A stretch of 64,000 nt of DNA from an uncultured virus (IMG/VR IMGVR_UViG_3300033165_000106) (taxonomy: Duplodnaviria; Heunggongvirae; Uroviricota; Caudoviricetes), in IMG/VR virus record IMGVR_UViG_3300033165_000106. The stretch is one strand, 5' to 3'. The translations under genes were made by a program, and so were the position numbers. Of the stretch, positions 47,942 to 57,990 are shown in pieces; the stretch's first letter is position 1, and each line of letters begins with the position of its first letter. A model generated the notes under the pieces. It did not search any database. It was not told the DNA's origin and saw nothing but the letters and a program-made list of their open reading frames with translations.

Positions 47942-48532
47942 ATGGATTTTCTACGTCAAGCTTACCTGGATTCGGTTTATTGGGCCAGCGATATTCTAGA
48001 GCGGGATTTTGTCGTGCTCGACACGGAGACAACCGACAAGATTGAAAACGGGGGTGAGATTATCCAGTTGGGCATCATCGATAAAGATGGTCATACTTTG
48101 ATGGATCAGTTGATCAAGCCCAAAGGTAAAATCTCAGCCGGAGCAGCACGAGTACACGGCATTACCGAGAAAGACGTTGCCAAGTCTCCTACGTTTGCTG
48201 ATATCTATCCGCAACTTCAAGATATCTTGAAAGACAAGATTGTCGTTGCTTATAATGCCGAATTCGACCGGAATATTCTGAATAATACCTGCGATCTTTA
48301 TAACCTGGAACACTTTCCGAATATGTGGCAGTGTGCCACGCTGGAGTATGCCAAGTATAACGGCGAGTGGCAACCCTATTTCAAATCTTTTAAGTGGAAA
48401 AAGTTGACAGATGCAGCAACTAAGTTTAATATAGTTACAGACGGCGCTCACGATGCCTGTGCTGATGTGCGTATGACGCTGCAGGTTATGAAGAAGATGG
48501 CAGAAGAGTATATTCCCGCGATTGGAGAATAG
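47942..48532 (+). CDS. DEDDh 3'-5' exonuclease (DnaQ-like)
   Basis: LDTETT, AYNAEFD, AHDACAD. Confidence 0.92.
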   Translation: MDFLRQAYLDSVYWASDILERDFVVLDTETTDKIENGGEIIQLGIIDKDGHTLMDQLIKPKGKISAGAARVHGITEKDVAKSPTFADIYPQLQDILKDKIVVAYNAEFDRNILNNTCDLYNLEHFPNMWQCATLEYAKYNGEWQPYFKSFKWKKLTDAATKFNIVTDGAHDACADVRMTLQVMKKMAEEYIPAIGE

Positions 48533-48533
48533 C

Positions 48534-48860
48534 ATGAAAACCGAAGGAGCAAAGTGGCAGGATCTCAAAGATACGATGGATTGGCACGGAGATATTACTG
48601 ATCTCCGACAGTTCACGTTGATGGTCCTGCTCAAGTATTCAGAGAAGAACAAAGAGGCAGCATTTTCAACCGCTCGATTCTATTTCGATCCTGACTTTGA
48701 GCCTACGGCAATGGATCGCAATTATCACGTTCGGGGTCGGGATGTGCTGTGGACCACCTATCAATTCATTCGTCAAGAGTTAGGCGAAGATGTAGTGGAT
48801 AAGATGTACCGTCTGCCCGTCAACGAGAGAGACTTGTTTGAGGCATTGATCAATGGCTGA
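48534..48860 (+). CDS. Hypothetical protein
   Basis: RBS GGAG, operon packing. Confidence 0.55.
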   Translation: MKTEGAKWQDLKDTMDWHGDITDLRQFTLMVLLKYSEKNKEAAFSTARFYFDPDFEPTAMDRNYHVRGRDVLWTTYQFIRQELGEDVVDKMYRLPVNERDLFEALING

Positions 48861-49164
48861 TAATTTTGATTTTGAAGACGAGTTCGAGCCTGCTGAGGTT
48901 TACGGATATGAGGTTGCCTCCAAACCTGAATCTGCTATTCATGACGGATGTATCGAGTTTGTAGTCAGTAAAATTTGGATTAAGCAGGTCAGCAAACGGG
49001 GCGCTAACGAAGAGACGCGGAGTATTACCTACAGTACGCCGTGGGGCAAAGAAACATCGGTCGTTGTTCCCTTTCAGGACGAATACGAAGTTCCCGAAGG
49101 GATGATTACTCTGGACAATCTAGAGCACGCTATTCGTGAGTTGTTGGAGATGAAGGATAAATAA
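48853..49164 (+). CDS. Hypothetical protein
   Basis: Operon packing. Confidence 0.6.
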   Translation: MADNFDFEDEFEPAEVYGYEVASKPESAIHDGCIEFVVSKIWIKQVSKRGANEETRSITYSTPWGKETSVVVPFQDEYEVPEGMITLDNLEHAIRELLEMKDK

Positions 49165-49165
49165 C

Positions 49166-50323
49166 ATGGGATTCAGCTTTCTAGGTGACGAAAACCTTGA
49201 TCCAATGGAAGAGTTTGAACGGTGTTCGAGAGGCACCTATAAGATCAACGGAATTACCAAGTGGATTTCTAAGGATGAAAACGACAATCCTGTCTGGGAA
49301 TACGACGAACTCCGGCAAGATCTGGTTGTTAAATGCGAACTTCGCCGGGTAGATGGCGAGACGGGTCCGGCTTGGTCGGGCACACCGTTGGATATGTCGC
49401 TGCTGGTCCGCGCTTTCGGGGGCGACATTCACGCGCTGCCTAAGAAAAAGAACACGACTGAATTTCTGGTCAAAGCCGAAGCACTAATCGACAAATCAAA
49501 CGGTACTGTTACTGCCGAAGTTGGTGATTCGGGGTGGGTATCTTACATTCACGAGGCAACTCCCCCCGAAGGGTACTATCAAGTCAAGCTGGTATATGCT
49601 CAGAGTCTGGATGGCAGCGTTCCTCTGACTTTCCAAAAGGGTCAGTTTGGCGATCACGAACAACTCAAACTCTGGTTCGAGATCGTAGGCAACATGCTAG
49701 GTAACGAGACTCCCTACGATGGATACCGTTTCATCTACTATCTCAAGCAGGGATTTGATGGCACACACGAAGGCAGGCCCAACCTGTTGATGACACAGAA
49801 GGGTGCCAAGTCTTATTCGGCTCGTCGCGTCGAAAAGCTGGCGGATATTTTTGCGCCGGAAGTACTTGAAGCGGATTACGGGTGGAAGAATCCTGAAAAT
49901 CCCATTGATGAAATTCTGAACGTTGCTATTGAAGCAGAACGAGTCGCAATCGGACACTACACGTACAACTCTCCCCGCCCGCCGAGAAAACCCCGCCTGG
50001 TACTGGACTTTGATTCGCTGGCCCCAGTCGATGAAGTGCCGGAAACACAAGAACCTGAAGCGGATGAATCGGACGTTCCCCCGAATCTGTTTGCTCTGGT
50101 AGAATGGATTCACGGAGGGGAGCCAAAGGCTTTCGCGTCTTATCCACCCCAAACGATTGAAGATATCCAGTTGACGGATGCCGGTAAGAAGTGGGCGAAT
50201 AAGCACATGGCGAAGCTGATGATCGACGCTCAGTTGGAGCCTAAAGCGAAACCGCTGGCTGAGTTCACCGAAGAAGAGTGTGCGGCGCTCATGGGCGTTG
50301 TCTGGGGTGGCGGTTTCGCATGA
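49166..50323 (+). CDS. Hypothetical replication-module protein (possibly ssDNA-binding)
   Basis: 385 aa, PPEGYY.V pattern, acidic linker, upstream of primase. Confidence 0.55.
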   Translation: MGFSFLGDENLDPMEEFERCSRGTYKINGITKWISKDENDNPVWEYDELRQDLVVKCELRRVDGETGPAWSGTPLDMSLLVRAFGGDIHALPKKKNTTEFLVKAEALIDKSNGTVTAEVGDSGWVSYIHEATPPEGYYQVKLVYAQSLDGSVPLTFQKGQFGDHEQLKLWFEIVGNMLGNETPYDGYRFIYYLKQGFDGTHEGRPNLLMTQKGAKSYSARRVEKLADIFAPEVLEADYGWKNPENPIDEILNVAIEAERVAIGHYTYNSPRPPRKPRLVLDFDSLAPVDEVPETQEPEADESDVPPNLFALVEWIHGGEPKAFASYPPQTIEDIQLTDAGKKWANKHMAKLMIDAQLEPKAKPLAEFTEEECAALMGVVWGGGFA

Positions 50324-50673
50324 AACGGCAGAGCTTGGGGCGGGTAAATTATCGTTCATCCCCCACCCGCCCCTTGCACATCACCGATCCACTCGCCTCG
50401 CGCTTCAATCCCCCGGTTGGCGACTCGCCGGGGGAGTTGTTTAAATACTTGATGGCGTGTCAGGTTAAAGCCTATGGCAAAACAATTTTATCGCCGCAGT
50501 CCAATCAATATATGCATATAAAACATTTGAAAAGCCTGCTTAATGAGTTTGATCCCTTGACAATTAAGAGAGCGATCCTGTATGCTAGTCTTAGATGCAG
50601 AAACCCGTTCGGGATACGGTGGATCAAAGTCTACGCTAAAAATATGAAGGATATGATGGATGGGATTCGCTGA
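50320..50673 (+). CDS. Hypothetical protein
   Basis: ATGA coupling. Confidence 0.5.
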   Translation: MKRQSLGRVNYRSSPTRPLHITDPLASRFNPPVGDSPGELFKYLMACQVKAYGKTILSPQSNQYMHIKHLKSLLNEFDPLTIKRAILYASLRCRNPFGIRWIKVYAKNMKDMMDGIR

Positions 50674-51616
50674 TCAAAGCATTTCTCCCAAAGTCTTGAA
50701 GCGGGAGATTAATATCCAGCAGGTTTTCGCGTATTTCGATATTGAGATTGACGAGAACAATAAATGTCTATGTCCGTTTCATGAAGACAAAAACCCATCG
50801 ATGTTAGTTAATTCGGAGTTTGCTTATTGTTTTGCCTGCGGTCGGGGGTGGGACGTATTTGATTTTCTGAAGGATTACCTTCAGATAGAGTTTAATGATA
50901 CGCTGTTCTGGCTCAACACCAACAAAGAATCGCTGCCCGATGTAAAAGTTAAATCTCGAAGGCGGGGCGAATATCGCGGACCTGTCTCTTCGGAGTTGGT
51001 TCAATACTGGCATTCATGTCTGACGCATGACCACCGGATGATTCTACATGAGAAGCGACTCTTAACGGATGACTTTATTGATCGTTGGTTATTGGGCTGG
51101 CGACCGGACTGGAACGCTTTCTCGATTCCGTTCTGGTCAGGCGTTCCCCAAAAGAGCGAGATCGACATCGTTCAATTTCGACTGACACCGGAAAGTCCAG
51201 AGTTCATTACAAAACACACTCACGACTCCAAGTTTATTGGACTTCCAGGACACAATCGACCTTCTTTGATGGGGACTCATTCTTTAAAAGACTGGGGGTT
51301 GCTGGTTTTTGGGACGTTTGACGCTCTCTTAGCGATACAGGACGGATTTCCCTGCGTAAGCCCGAACGGTGCATCGGTGTTTTCGACTAAGAAGACCAAA
51401 CCACGTTTGATTGAGATGCTGAAAGATGTCAAAAGATTATTTGTAGTTTACGATGCGACTGAGAGCGAAAGATCCTCAGCACAGAAAACAGTAAAAGATC
51501 TGCCGTGTGATGTGGTTGAGAGAGAGTTTGTTAGGCACACGGATTATGGTGAATATAGGCTGTATCACGATCCGGAAGAGTTTATGACTGAAATTTTAAA
51601 GTGGGGTCTTTTATGA
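50660..51616 (+). CDS. DNA primase (CHC2 zinc finger + Toprim-like)
   Basis: CPFHEDKNPS...CFAC...DVFDF; G.FDAL (E replaced by F), VYD. Confidence 0.8.
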   Translation: MGFADQSISPKVLKREINIQQVFAYFDIEIDENNKCLCPFHEDKNPSMLVNSEFAYCFACGRGWDVFDFLKDYLQIEFNDTLFWLNTNKESLPDVKVKSRRRGEYRGPVSSELVQYWHSCLTHDHRMILHEKRLLTDDFIDRWLLGWRPDWNAFSIPFWSGVPQKSEIDIVQFRLTPESPEFITKHTHDSKFIGLPGHNRPSLMGTHSLKDWGLLVFGTFDALLAIQDGFPCVSPNGASVFSTKKTKPRLIEMLKDVKRLFVVYDATESERSSAQKTVKDLPCDVVEREFVRHTDYGEYRLYHDPEEFMTEILKWGLL

Positions 51617-52005
51617 TTTGGGAGTATCTGGTTTGCGAATTCGACCGAGAGGTTTTTCACGTCTCGCCCGATCAGCATGAGTCGCAAGGAAAGTATGACA
51701 TTCATGTTTTGGGCGAGCGGGGATGGGAGTTAGTAAACATCAGTGGGTGGCAACTCTCACGAGCGGTTGCAATCTTTAAGCGCCCAAATTCTGAGGCTGA
51801 TTCAGGTGGGTGCGGGGCTGGTTGCAATTGCGCACATGAGGTATTCGGCTAACGGTGTGCCGGTGGTGGACTTCGTTGAGTATCTGAAAGATGCATCAAC
51901 ACGCTTTGATATGCTCGATTTTGTAGACAGTCTAGATGGTGTTATCGACTCTAATACTCTTGAAGGCTTAATTCTATACTGGTCCGACTACTTTCTAGGG
52001 AACAC

Positions 52006-53466
52006 ATGGACATAAAACAGGCCGAACAGATTTTGATTGGATCCGTCCTCAAGCACGGTAAGCAAGCCGCCGCGTTGGTCATTCCCGATCTCGCTCCGTC
52101 CAAATTCATCTATGACGAAGGCGGATTTGGGGTGGATCATTCGCTAATCTGGGGCAAGATCAGCCAGTCATTTTTGCAGAACAGGAGCGATCCAACGATT
52201 GCAGGAGTCAGCTACCGTGAAGACTATTTACATCAGTTAGTTAACGATCTGGAAAATAAGCACGGTATCTTCAAGTTCGATCCAAATACTCTCTTAGAGT
52301 TTGCGGATGTCGTTTATAAATCAGGTACAATCTACCGCACGATCAAAAACGCCGCAGCAGTTTCTAAGTTGGGATCAAGCGAAGACGTATTTGAATCGCA
52401 CGTTTCGTCTATCTCTTCCTTGAACGAGTGGTTAGCTGATATTATTGAAACCTTTCAGGTTGAGACACAGACCAATGAAGGCTATAAACATACTTCGGAT
52501 ATTATTCCGTCTGTTATCGACAAGTGGGAGCGACAGTATGCCGGGGAGCAGCTTGTGTTGCTGCCTGTTGGACTGCCGTCTTTCCTGTCGTCTCAGTTAT
52601 TTCCACGCGGACAACTCTCTGTATTACACGGTATGTCCGGCACGGGCAAGTCTTCCTTACTTTTGTTGATCTTATTAGGCACAACCATAGGATTGAAATC
52701 CAATGGCGTTCAAGGCTGTGTGGCTCTAAATAGCCTGGAGATGGACGAAGAGGAATTAATCTCTCGCGCCGCGTCTCTGTTGGCGGGAATTGATTACACA
52801 AGATTGATTGGGGGCAAAACTCCCTTAGAGACGTGGGAACTCGAAAAGTTAATCGACTGGACTGAATTTGTTGGGACACTGCCTCTGTTTATCGATGACT
52901 CGAATCTCCTGACAACTGATGTCCTGAGATATCAGGCGTTGTCCTTACACGCGAGCGAGCACGGTCCTCTTTACCAACTGGGAACGGATTACACTGAGCT
53001 TTTTACCGATGAAACTGAGAACAAAGAACAGCGTATTGAAAAAGTGGCGCGCAATCACTTCGCCATTGCAAGACTCTTAGATTGTTCGGTGTTAATGGTA
53101 TCGCAATCTACCTACGGAAATAATCGGGGGAAATATTATATTGCCGGGTTGAACGGACTCCGCTGGAGTCGCGGCGCAACAATGGCGGCAAATATTATCG
53201 TGGAAGTGATCAATTATCCCGCGATGGAAGCCAACGGGGTAGATTTCAACACGCCCGAAGAAATGGATCCCTATCACGCCTGGATTCAGATTCAGAAATA
53301 TCGGGGTGGACAAACTGGACAATTTCCGTTAAAATGGGAAGGTAACTATACACGCTATTTCGACCCTGAGTTATTCACTAAAAAGGAAGACAGTCTGGTT
53401 TTCGAGCACCTTTTAGAGTTGCCGGAAGCCAAACGGTTAGTAGAAAAGTGGCGCTATGTTCGCTGA
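52006..53466 (+). CDS. dnaB: DnaB-like replicative helicase
   Basis: AEQILIGSVL, GMSGTGKS, SLEM, LFIDD, DY, VSQ, KYRGGQTG. Confidence 0.88.
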   Translation: MDIKQAEQILIGSVLKHGKQAAALVIPDLAPSKFIYDEGGFGVDHSLIWGKISQSFLQNRSDPTIAGVSYREDYLHQLVNDLENKHGIFKFDPNTLLEFADVVYKSGTIYRTIKNAAAVSKLGSSEDVFESHVSSISSLNEWLADIIETFQVETQTNEGYKHTSDIIPSVIDKWERQYAGEQLVLLPVGLPSFLSSQLFPRGQLSVLHGMSGTGKSSLLLLILLGTTIGLKSNGVQGCVALNSLEMDEEELISRAASLLAGIDYTRLIGGKTPLETWELEKLIDWTEFVGTLPLFIDDSNLLTTDVLRYQALSLHASEHGPLYQLGTDYTELFTDETENKEQRIEKVARNHFAIARLLDCSVLMVSQSTYGNNRGKYYIAGLNGLRWSRGATMAANIIVEVINYPAMEANGVDFNTPEEMDPYHAWIQIQKYRGGQTGQFPLKWEGNYTRYFDPELFTKKEDSLVFEHLLELPEAKRLVEKWRYVR

Positions 53467-53670
53467 TCCTGCTCCCGAAATCTATAACCAACCGCCCCAA
53501 TATGCTGTTCCTATAAGTGTGATGGAACGACTCGTGATCCTGCAGAAGGGGATTAATGCTGATATGTTTGATACGTATGTAAGTATCATTTGTCAGGATT
53601 TTAGAACCAACCGACTGTATCATTTCTACTTTTCTATTCACGACATGGGCGCGAGTGTGTGGTATAAGGA

Positions 53671-54540
53671 GTGTTGGAATTGATTATCTGTTCGATGGGA
53701 GGGGGATTTTCTTCTACAGCATGGTTGCCGCGTGTTCTTTTAAGTCAGTATCCAAAAGAGCAGATACATTTTGTTACATCGGTGTTACCAAACGAACATC
53801 CCTCTATGTGGCAGTTATATGATGCAGTTGAAAAGGGGCTAGACATTCAGGTTACGTATATAGCATATGATAAAGAAAATAAATGGCAATACATAAATAA
53901 ACAAGACAGGATAAATAAGGAAAAGTTATGGACACCCTTTGATATATTTGATGATGTAAAGATGTTAGGTAATAGTCGATTTGATCCTTGCTCTCGTATT
54001 TTAAAACGAGAAACACTATTAAATTATATTAAGGATAATTTTAATTCGTGTACTTTAGCAGTGGGTATTCATGCGGATGAAATAGATCGTATGTTATCGA
54101 TTAAAACTAATTGGAGGAATAACGGATTTGATGTTGTGTTTCCTTTGATTGATTTGCCACGATACTCAGACACAGAACAACAGCAGAAACTACAAGAGTG
54201 GTATGGGGTACAACTTGATCTTTACCAATTAGGCTTTGAGCACAATAATTGTCACGGTGCTTGTGTCAAGGCAGGACAAAGACAGTGGGCTTTGTTGTGG
54301 TATTACTATCCAGAGATTTATCAAGAGTGGGAAGATAGAGAAAACGAGTGGCGTTTAGAGAACGGGGATTATACTATATTGAAAAAGAAAATAAAGGGAG
54401 AAACTGTTTATATAACCCTTAAAGAGTTTAGGGTGTTATTTCTTGAACCTGCCTTATCAGTGGACAAAGATACATTTTTAACTCGATACATTAAAGAGTT
54501 ATCTACTAATCCGCCATGCTATTTTTGTTCGGCAATATAA
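53671..54540 (+). CDS. PAPS-reductase-like (PP-loop) phage protein
   Basis: SMGGG.SS, CSRILK, GIHADE..R, GFEHNNC.G.CVKAG; AT-rich. Confidence 0.7.
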   Translation: MLELIICSMGGGFSSTAWLPRVLLSQYPKEQIHFVTSVLPNEHPSMWQLYDAVEKGLDIQVTYIAYDKENKWQYINKQDRINKEKLWTPFDIFDDVKMLGNSRFDPCSRILKRETLLNYIKDNFNSCTLAVGIHADEIDRMLSIKTNWRNNGFDVVFPLIDLPRYSDTEQQQKLQEWYGVQLDLYQLGFEHNNCHGACVKAGQRQWALLWYYYPEIYQEWEDRENEWRLENGDYTILKKKIKGETVYITLKEFRVLFLEPALSVDKDTFLTRYIKELSTNPPCYFCSAI

Positions 54541-54542
54541 TC

Positions 54543-56276
54543 ATGAACATCAACATGCTGCCTTTATTTCCGTCTGTTTTGGGACTGGATATCGAAACAG
54601 ATGGGCTGGATCGTTTTTCGGCTCAGATTACCGCTGTTGGTCTATCCGATGGAGAAGACACTTGGGTACTGACTGAGGGTTATGAGAGATTGATTTCTTT
54701 ACTTGAAGATCCGTCTGTTCTAAAAGTTATTCATAACGCGGACTTCGATCTCACCGTCCTGTGTTTCAGGATGAAAGTTGATCATAATATCGAAGTCAAG
54801 CCTCAGAATATTTATGACACCCTTCTAGTCGAGAGAGTGCTGAATAACGGCCTATCCATTTCTAATAAACTAGAAGACGCTCTCGCTCGCAGATTAGGGA
54901 TCTTAGTTGATAAATCTTTGCAGGAATCATTCACGGGAGGGGGGTTAAGTGAAGATCAACTGAGTTATATCGAGAACGACTGCAAACATTTAATTAAACT
55001 CCGCGACGAGCAGATGAGAGAAGTTAGTCTTTGCGGTATGGAGTGGGTGGTTGATCTCGAAAACAAAGACGTACTGGTAACTTTAGATAAGACTTTAACA
55101 GGTATCGGCATCGATCTCGAACAGTTTGAGGCTATTCGGGCGCAAATTCCCGCTGTGTTGGATCAGATTCTATCTCAGATTAAAGACATTTTAGGCGAAG
55201 ACTTTGTTATCGAGGTCGAACGCACCAAAAAGGGCGAGAAATACACCGAAGAAATTCCCGTTAACGAGATTAAGTGGAATGCCTGGCAGCAGTTAAAGCC
55301 TGCTTTACATAAAGTTGGCGTCAAAGTTAATAACACGCAGCGCGGTACTTTAGAAGAGAGACAAGATCAGCATCCCCTTATTCCTCTGGTTTTGGAATAT
55401 AAAACGTGGTTCAAGATGTTGGGCTGGCATTGGGACGAGTTTATTAATCCCATTACAGGTCGAATTCACCCTAACTGGAACCAATTAGGACCAATTACTG
55501 CACGGTTTTCGTGTTCGGATCCGAACATGCAGCAGATTCCACGACCGGACGGTGTAAGACCGAATTTTAGATCGCTGTTTTTGCCGCTTCCCGGTCATAA
55601 GTTGTTAGTAGCCGACTGGTCACAACAGGAGCCTCGAATTCTAGCGCATGTCTCTCAGGACGAGAAGATGATCGCCGCTGCTAATTCAAGTGATATTTAC
55701 TCTGCCTTCGGTAAAGACGTGTGGGGCGAAGAGATTACCAAAAAAGATCCGCGCCGCCAGATTATGAAGATCGGAGTGCTCGCCTCTTTCTATGGGGTAT
55801 GGCACGTTAATCTCGCTTCGCGCATGGGGTTGTCTGAAAAGGAAGCCGAGAAACTACAAAAGAAAATTTTCAATACCTATCGTAAAGCCAAACAGTGGGG
55901 CGATTATCAAATTAAAGGAGTTATGCAACACGGTTATACGCAGTCGGTCATGGGGCGCAGGATTTACTTTGAGGACACCAGCCCGCGTATGCAGTGGCGT
56001 CTCAAGAAAGAATCTCGAAACTACCCCATTCAAACAACCGGCGCGGACATGGCAAAGTTAGCCGAAGTTAAAATTTATGATATAATTCAGAAGAAGAATT
56101 ACGATGCTCACTTTATCATTGGATTACACGACGAATTAGTTCTATCCTGCCACGAATCACAGGCTAAAGATTGTTTTGCCGATATGAAACAGGCCATGAT
56201 GGAAGCGGGGTCTGAGATCTGTCCGTCCGTACAGTTTCCGGTCGAAGGGGTGGTATCTGATAAATGGGAACATTAA
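54543..56276 (+). CDS. polA: DNA polymerase family A with 3'-5' exonuclease
   Basis: LDIETDG, HNADFD, TARFSCSDPNMQQIP, DWSQQEPR, RQIMK...YG, NYPIQ, LHDE. Confidence 0.95.
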   Translation: MNINMLPLFPSVLGLDIETDGLDRFSAQITAVGLSDGEDTWVLTEGYERLISLLEDPSVLKVIHNADFDLTVLCFRMKVDHNIEVKPQNIYDTLLVERVLNNGLSISNKLEDALARRLGILVDKSLQESFTGGGLSEDQLSYIENDCKHLIKLRDEQMREVSLCGMEWVVDLENKDVLVTLDKTLTGIGIDLEQFEAIRAQIPAVLDQILSQIKDILGEDFVIEVERTKKGEKYTEEIPVNEIKWNAWQQLKPALHKVGVKVNNTQRGTLEERQDQHPLIPLVLEYKTWFKMLGWHWDEFINPITGRIHPNWNQLGPITARFSCSDPNMQQIPRPDGVRPNFRSLFLPLPGHKLLVADWSQQEPRILAHVSQDEKMIAAANSSDIYSAFGKDVWGEEITKKDPRRQIMKIGVLASFYGVWHVNLASRMGLSEKEAEKLQKKIFNTYRKAKQWGDYQIKGVMQHGYTQSVMGRRIYFEDTSPRMQWRLKKESRNYPIQTTGADMAKLAEVKIYDIIQKKNYDAHFIIGLHDELVLSCHESQAKDCFADMKQAMMEAGSEICPSVQFPVEGVVSDKWEH

Positions 56277-57061
56277 CTGTTCAGTCTGAAAATCTGGGGC
56301 AACTCACGGGTGAGGCAATTGTCCACAAAGCCCTGGAAGAAGTCAAAAAATATCAAGCCCAAGAAGACGTAGATGAAAGATTTTCGCTGCTGAATAACGC
56401 CGCACAGATGAGCGATGCTCTCTCCGAAGGCTTTAAATTAGTGAGGGCAACAGCTTTGTGCATGATCGAGGATATCTGGGATCATCTTGGGTTTGAAGTG
56501 CGTAAAAGTTATGATTACCAGTTTCGTCTTTATGCGGAAAAGAGATGTCCTGATCTGACCTGGACCACCATTCAAAATCACATGCGAGCGGCAAGGACAT
56601 TTGTATTGGGAAATGTCAAGCCGCCCGTTGTCGAAGGTAAAATTATTGAGTTTAACCCTCTGGAAACACCTATTTCTAAACTCGTTTTGGCGAGATCGGT
56701 AGCCGAATCAGGGCAGATCAACGACAACCCTAAAATCTGGGAGATACTGACCGATCCCGCTTCGGACGTATCCGAACTCAGGAAAGAGTTATTCTCTGAG
56801 ACAAGTAAAAAGGCAGGCATCGATCCTGAGATTCATTACGAAGTGGTTGGTCCCTATCTGATTGCCAAAAATAATGGAGATGAAGTTATTCTGGCGGAAT
56901 TTAATTGGGAGCCTTATTACGATAAGAATGAAATTGCGGTTAGAGCGGTAGATCGGCTGATGAAGTTTCTCGGTGTAACGCTGGACGAAGAAATTATTTA
57001 CCGTCAGATGAAAGAGAAATTTGATGCTCGCCAGAAAGCAGAAGAAAGGCGGATCTCGTGA
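56264..57061 (+). CDS. Hypothetical protein
   Basis: 265-aa ORF in operon. Confidence 0.6.
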   Translation: MGTLTVQSENLGQLTGEAIVHKALEEVKKYQAQEDVDERFSLLNNAAQMSDALSEGFKLVRATALCMIEDIWDHLGFEVRKSYDYQFRLYAEKRCPDLTWTTIQNHMRAARTFVLGNVKPPVVEGKIIEFNPLETPISKLVLARSVAESGQINDNPKIWEILTDPASDVSELRKELFSETSKKAGIDPEIHYEVVGPYLIAKNNGDEVILAEFNWEPYYDKNEIAVRAVDRLMKFLGVTLDEEIIYRQMKEKFDARQKAEERRIS

Positions 57062-57630
57062 AGCCTAAGACAAACAGAAAAGGCGACATTCATAAATCGC
57101 ATAAGATGGATCAGTGTCAAACACCCCCCTATGCGCTGAATCCTTTGCGCCCTTTCCTGTCTCGGTTTTCTCGTGTGTGGGAGTCAGCGGCGGGTGAGGG
57201 GTATCTGGTCAGAGCGCTTGAAGGGGGGGGTTTTGAGGTTACAGGGACCGATCTCCTGACAGGCGATAATTTCTTCACGATGTCAATACCAAAGGGGTGT
57301 GAGGTTCAGATTACCAACCCACCCTTCTCCGCGAAATACGACTGGCTGAGACGAAGTTACGAATTAGAGTTGCCGTTTGCTCTGCTGCTTCCGATTGAGG
57401 TACTGGGTGCTGCCGCTGGACAGAATTTAATTCGGGAATATGGTGCAGAGATTATTTTTTACGATCAGAGGGTGGATTTTAAAATGCCCGAAAAGGGGTG
57501 GAACGGAGGCGGCGCGCAGTTTCCTACTATGTGGCTGACCTGGGGGTTGAATATCGGTCAACAGATGACGTTCGCTCGACTCAACAAACCCGGCAAAGCC
57601 GAGAGAGATAAACTCGATGAAAATACGTGA
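57058..57630 (+). CDS. Putative N6-adenine DNA methyltransferase
   Basis: D...TP, WESAAGEG, ITNPPFS. Confidence 0.8.
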   Translation: MKPKTNRKGDIHKSHKMDQCQTPPYALNPLRPFLSRFSRVWESAAGEGYLVRALEGGGFEVTGTDLLTGDNFFTMSIPKGCEVQITNPPFSAKYDWLRRSYELELPFALLLPIEVLGAAAGQNLIREYGAEIIFYDQRVDFKMPEKGWNGGGAQFPTMWLTWGLNIGQQMTFARLNKPGKAERDKLDENT

Positions 57631-57943
57631 TGTAAGCATGGTCGAAGAATTTTACGATGATTATGCCGGAGCACCTAATCATGTCAAGAAACGGGTAGAC
57701 AACAAAATTCGGATCATGGGGGAAGCCATTCAAACGAATGGTTGGTGTCATTTGCCTAATTCTTTCAATGCCCATAAGGTCGATAATGTACCTGACCTGT
57801 GGATCGGCTATATCACGGTGGGCAATCAGGGCTGGCGGGTGCTGTTCGATGTAGACGTTAAAGGTACTCTACGATTTTTGCACTTGCTATCTCACGACAA
57901 CATGGACTTTTTGTTAATGCAACTTCAACGTTGGGAGACTTGA
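57617..57943 (+). CDS. RelE/ParE-fold toxin-like protein
   Basis: EEF..DY...P..VKK.V...I, S...HKV, W......WRVLF; ~100 aa. Confidence 0.5.
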   Translation: MKIRDVSMVEEFYDDYAGAPNHVKKRVDNKIRIMGEAIQTNGWCHLPNSFNAHKVDNVPDLWIGYITVGNQGWRVLFDVDVKGTLRFLHLLSHDNMDFLLMQLQRWET

Positions 57944-57990
57944 CAGCGAGAATCTTTCCTGATATAATGATGTTAGAAAGGAAGGATGAG

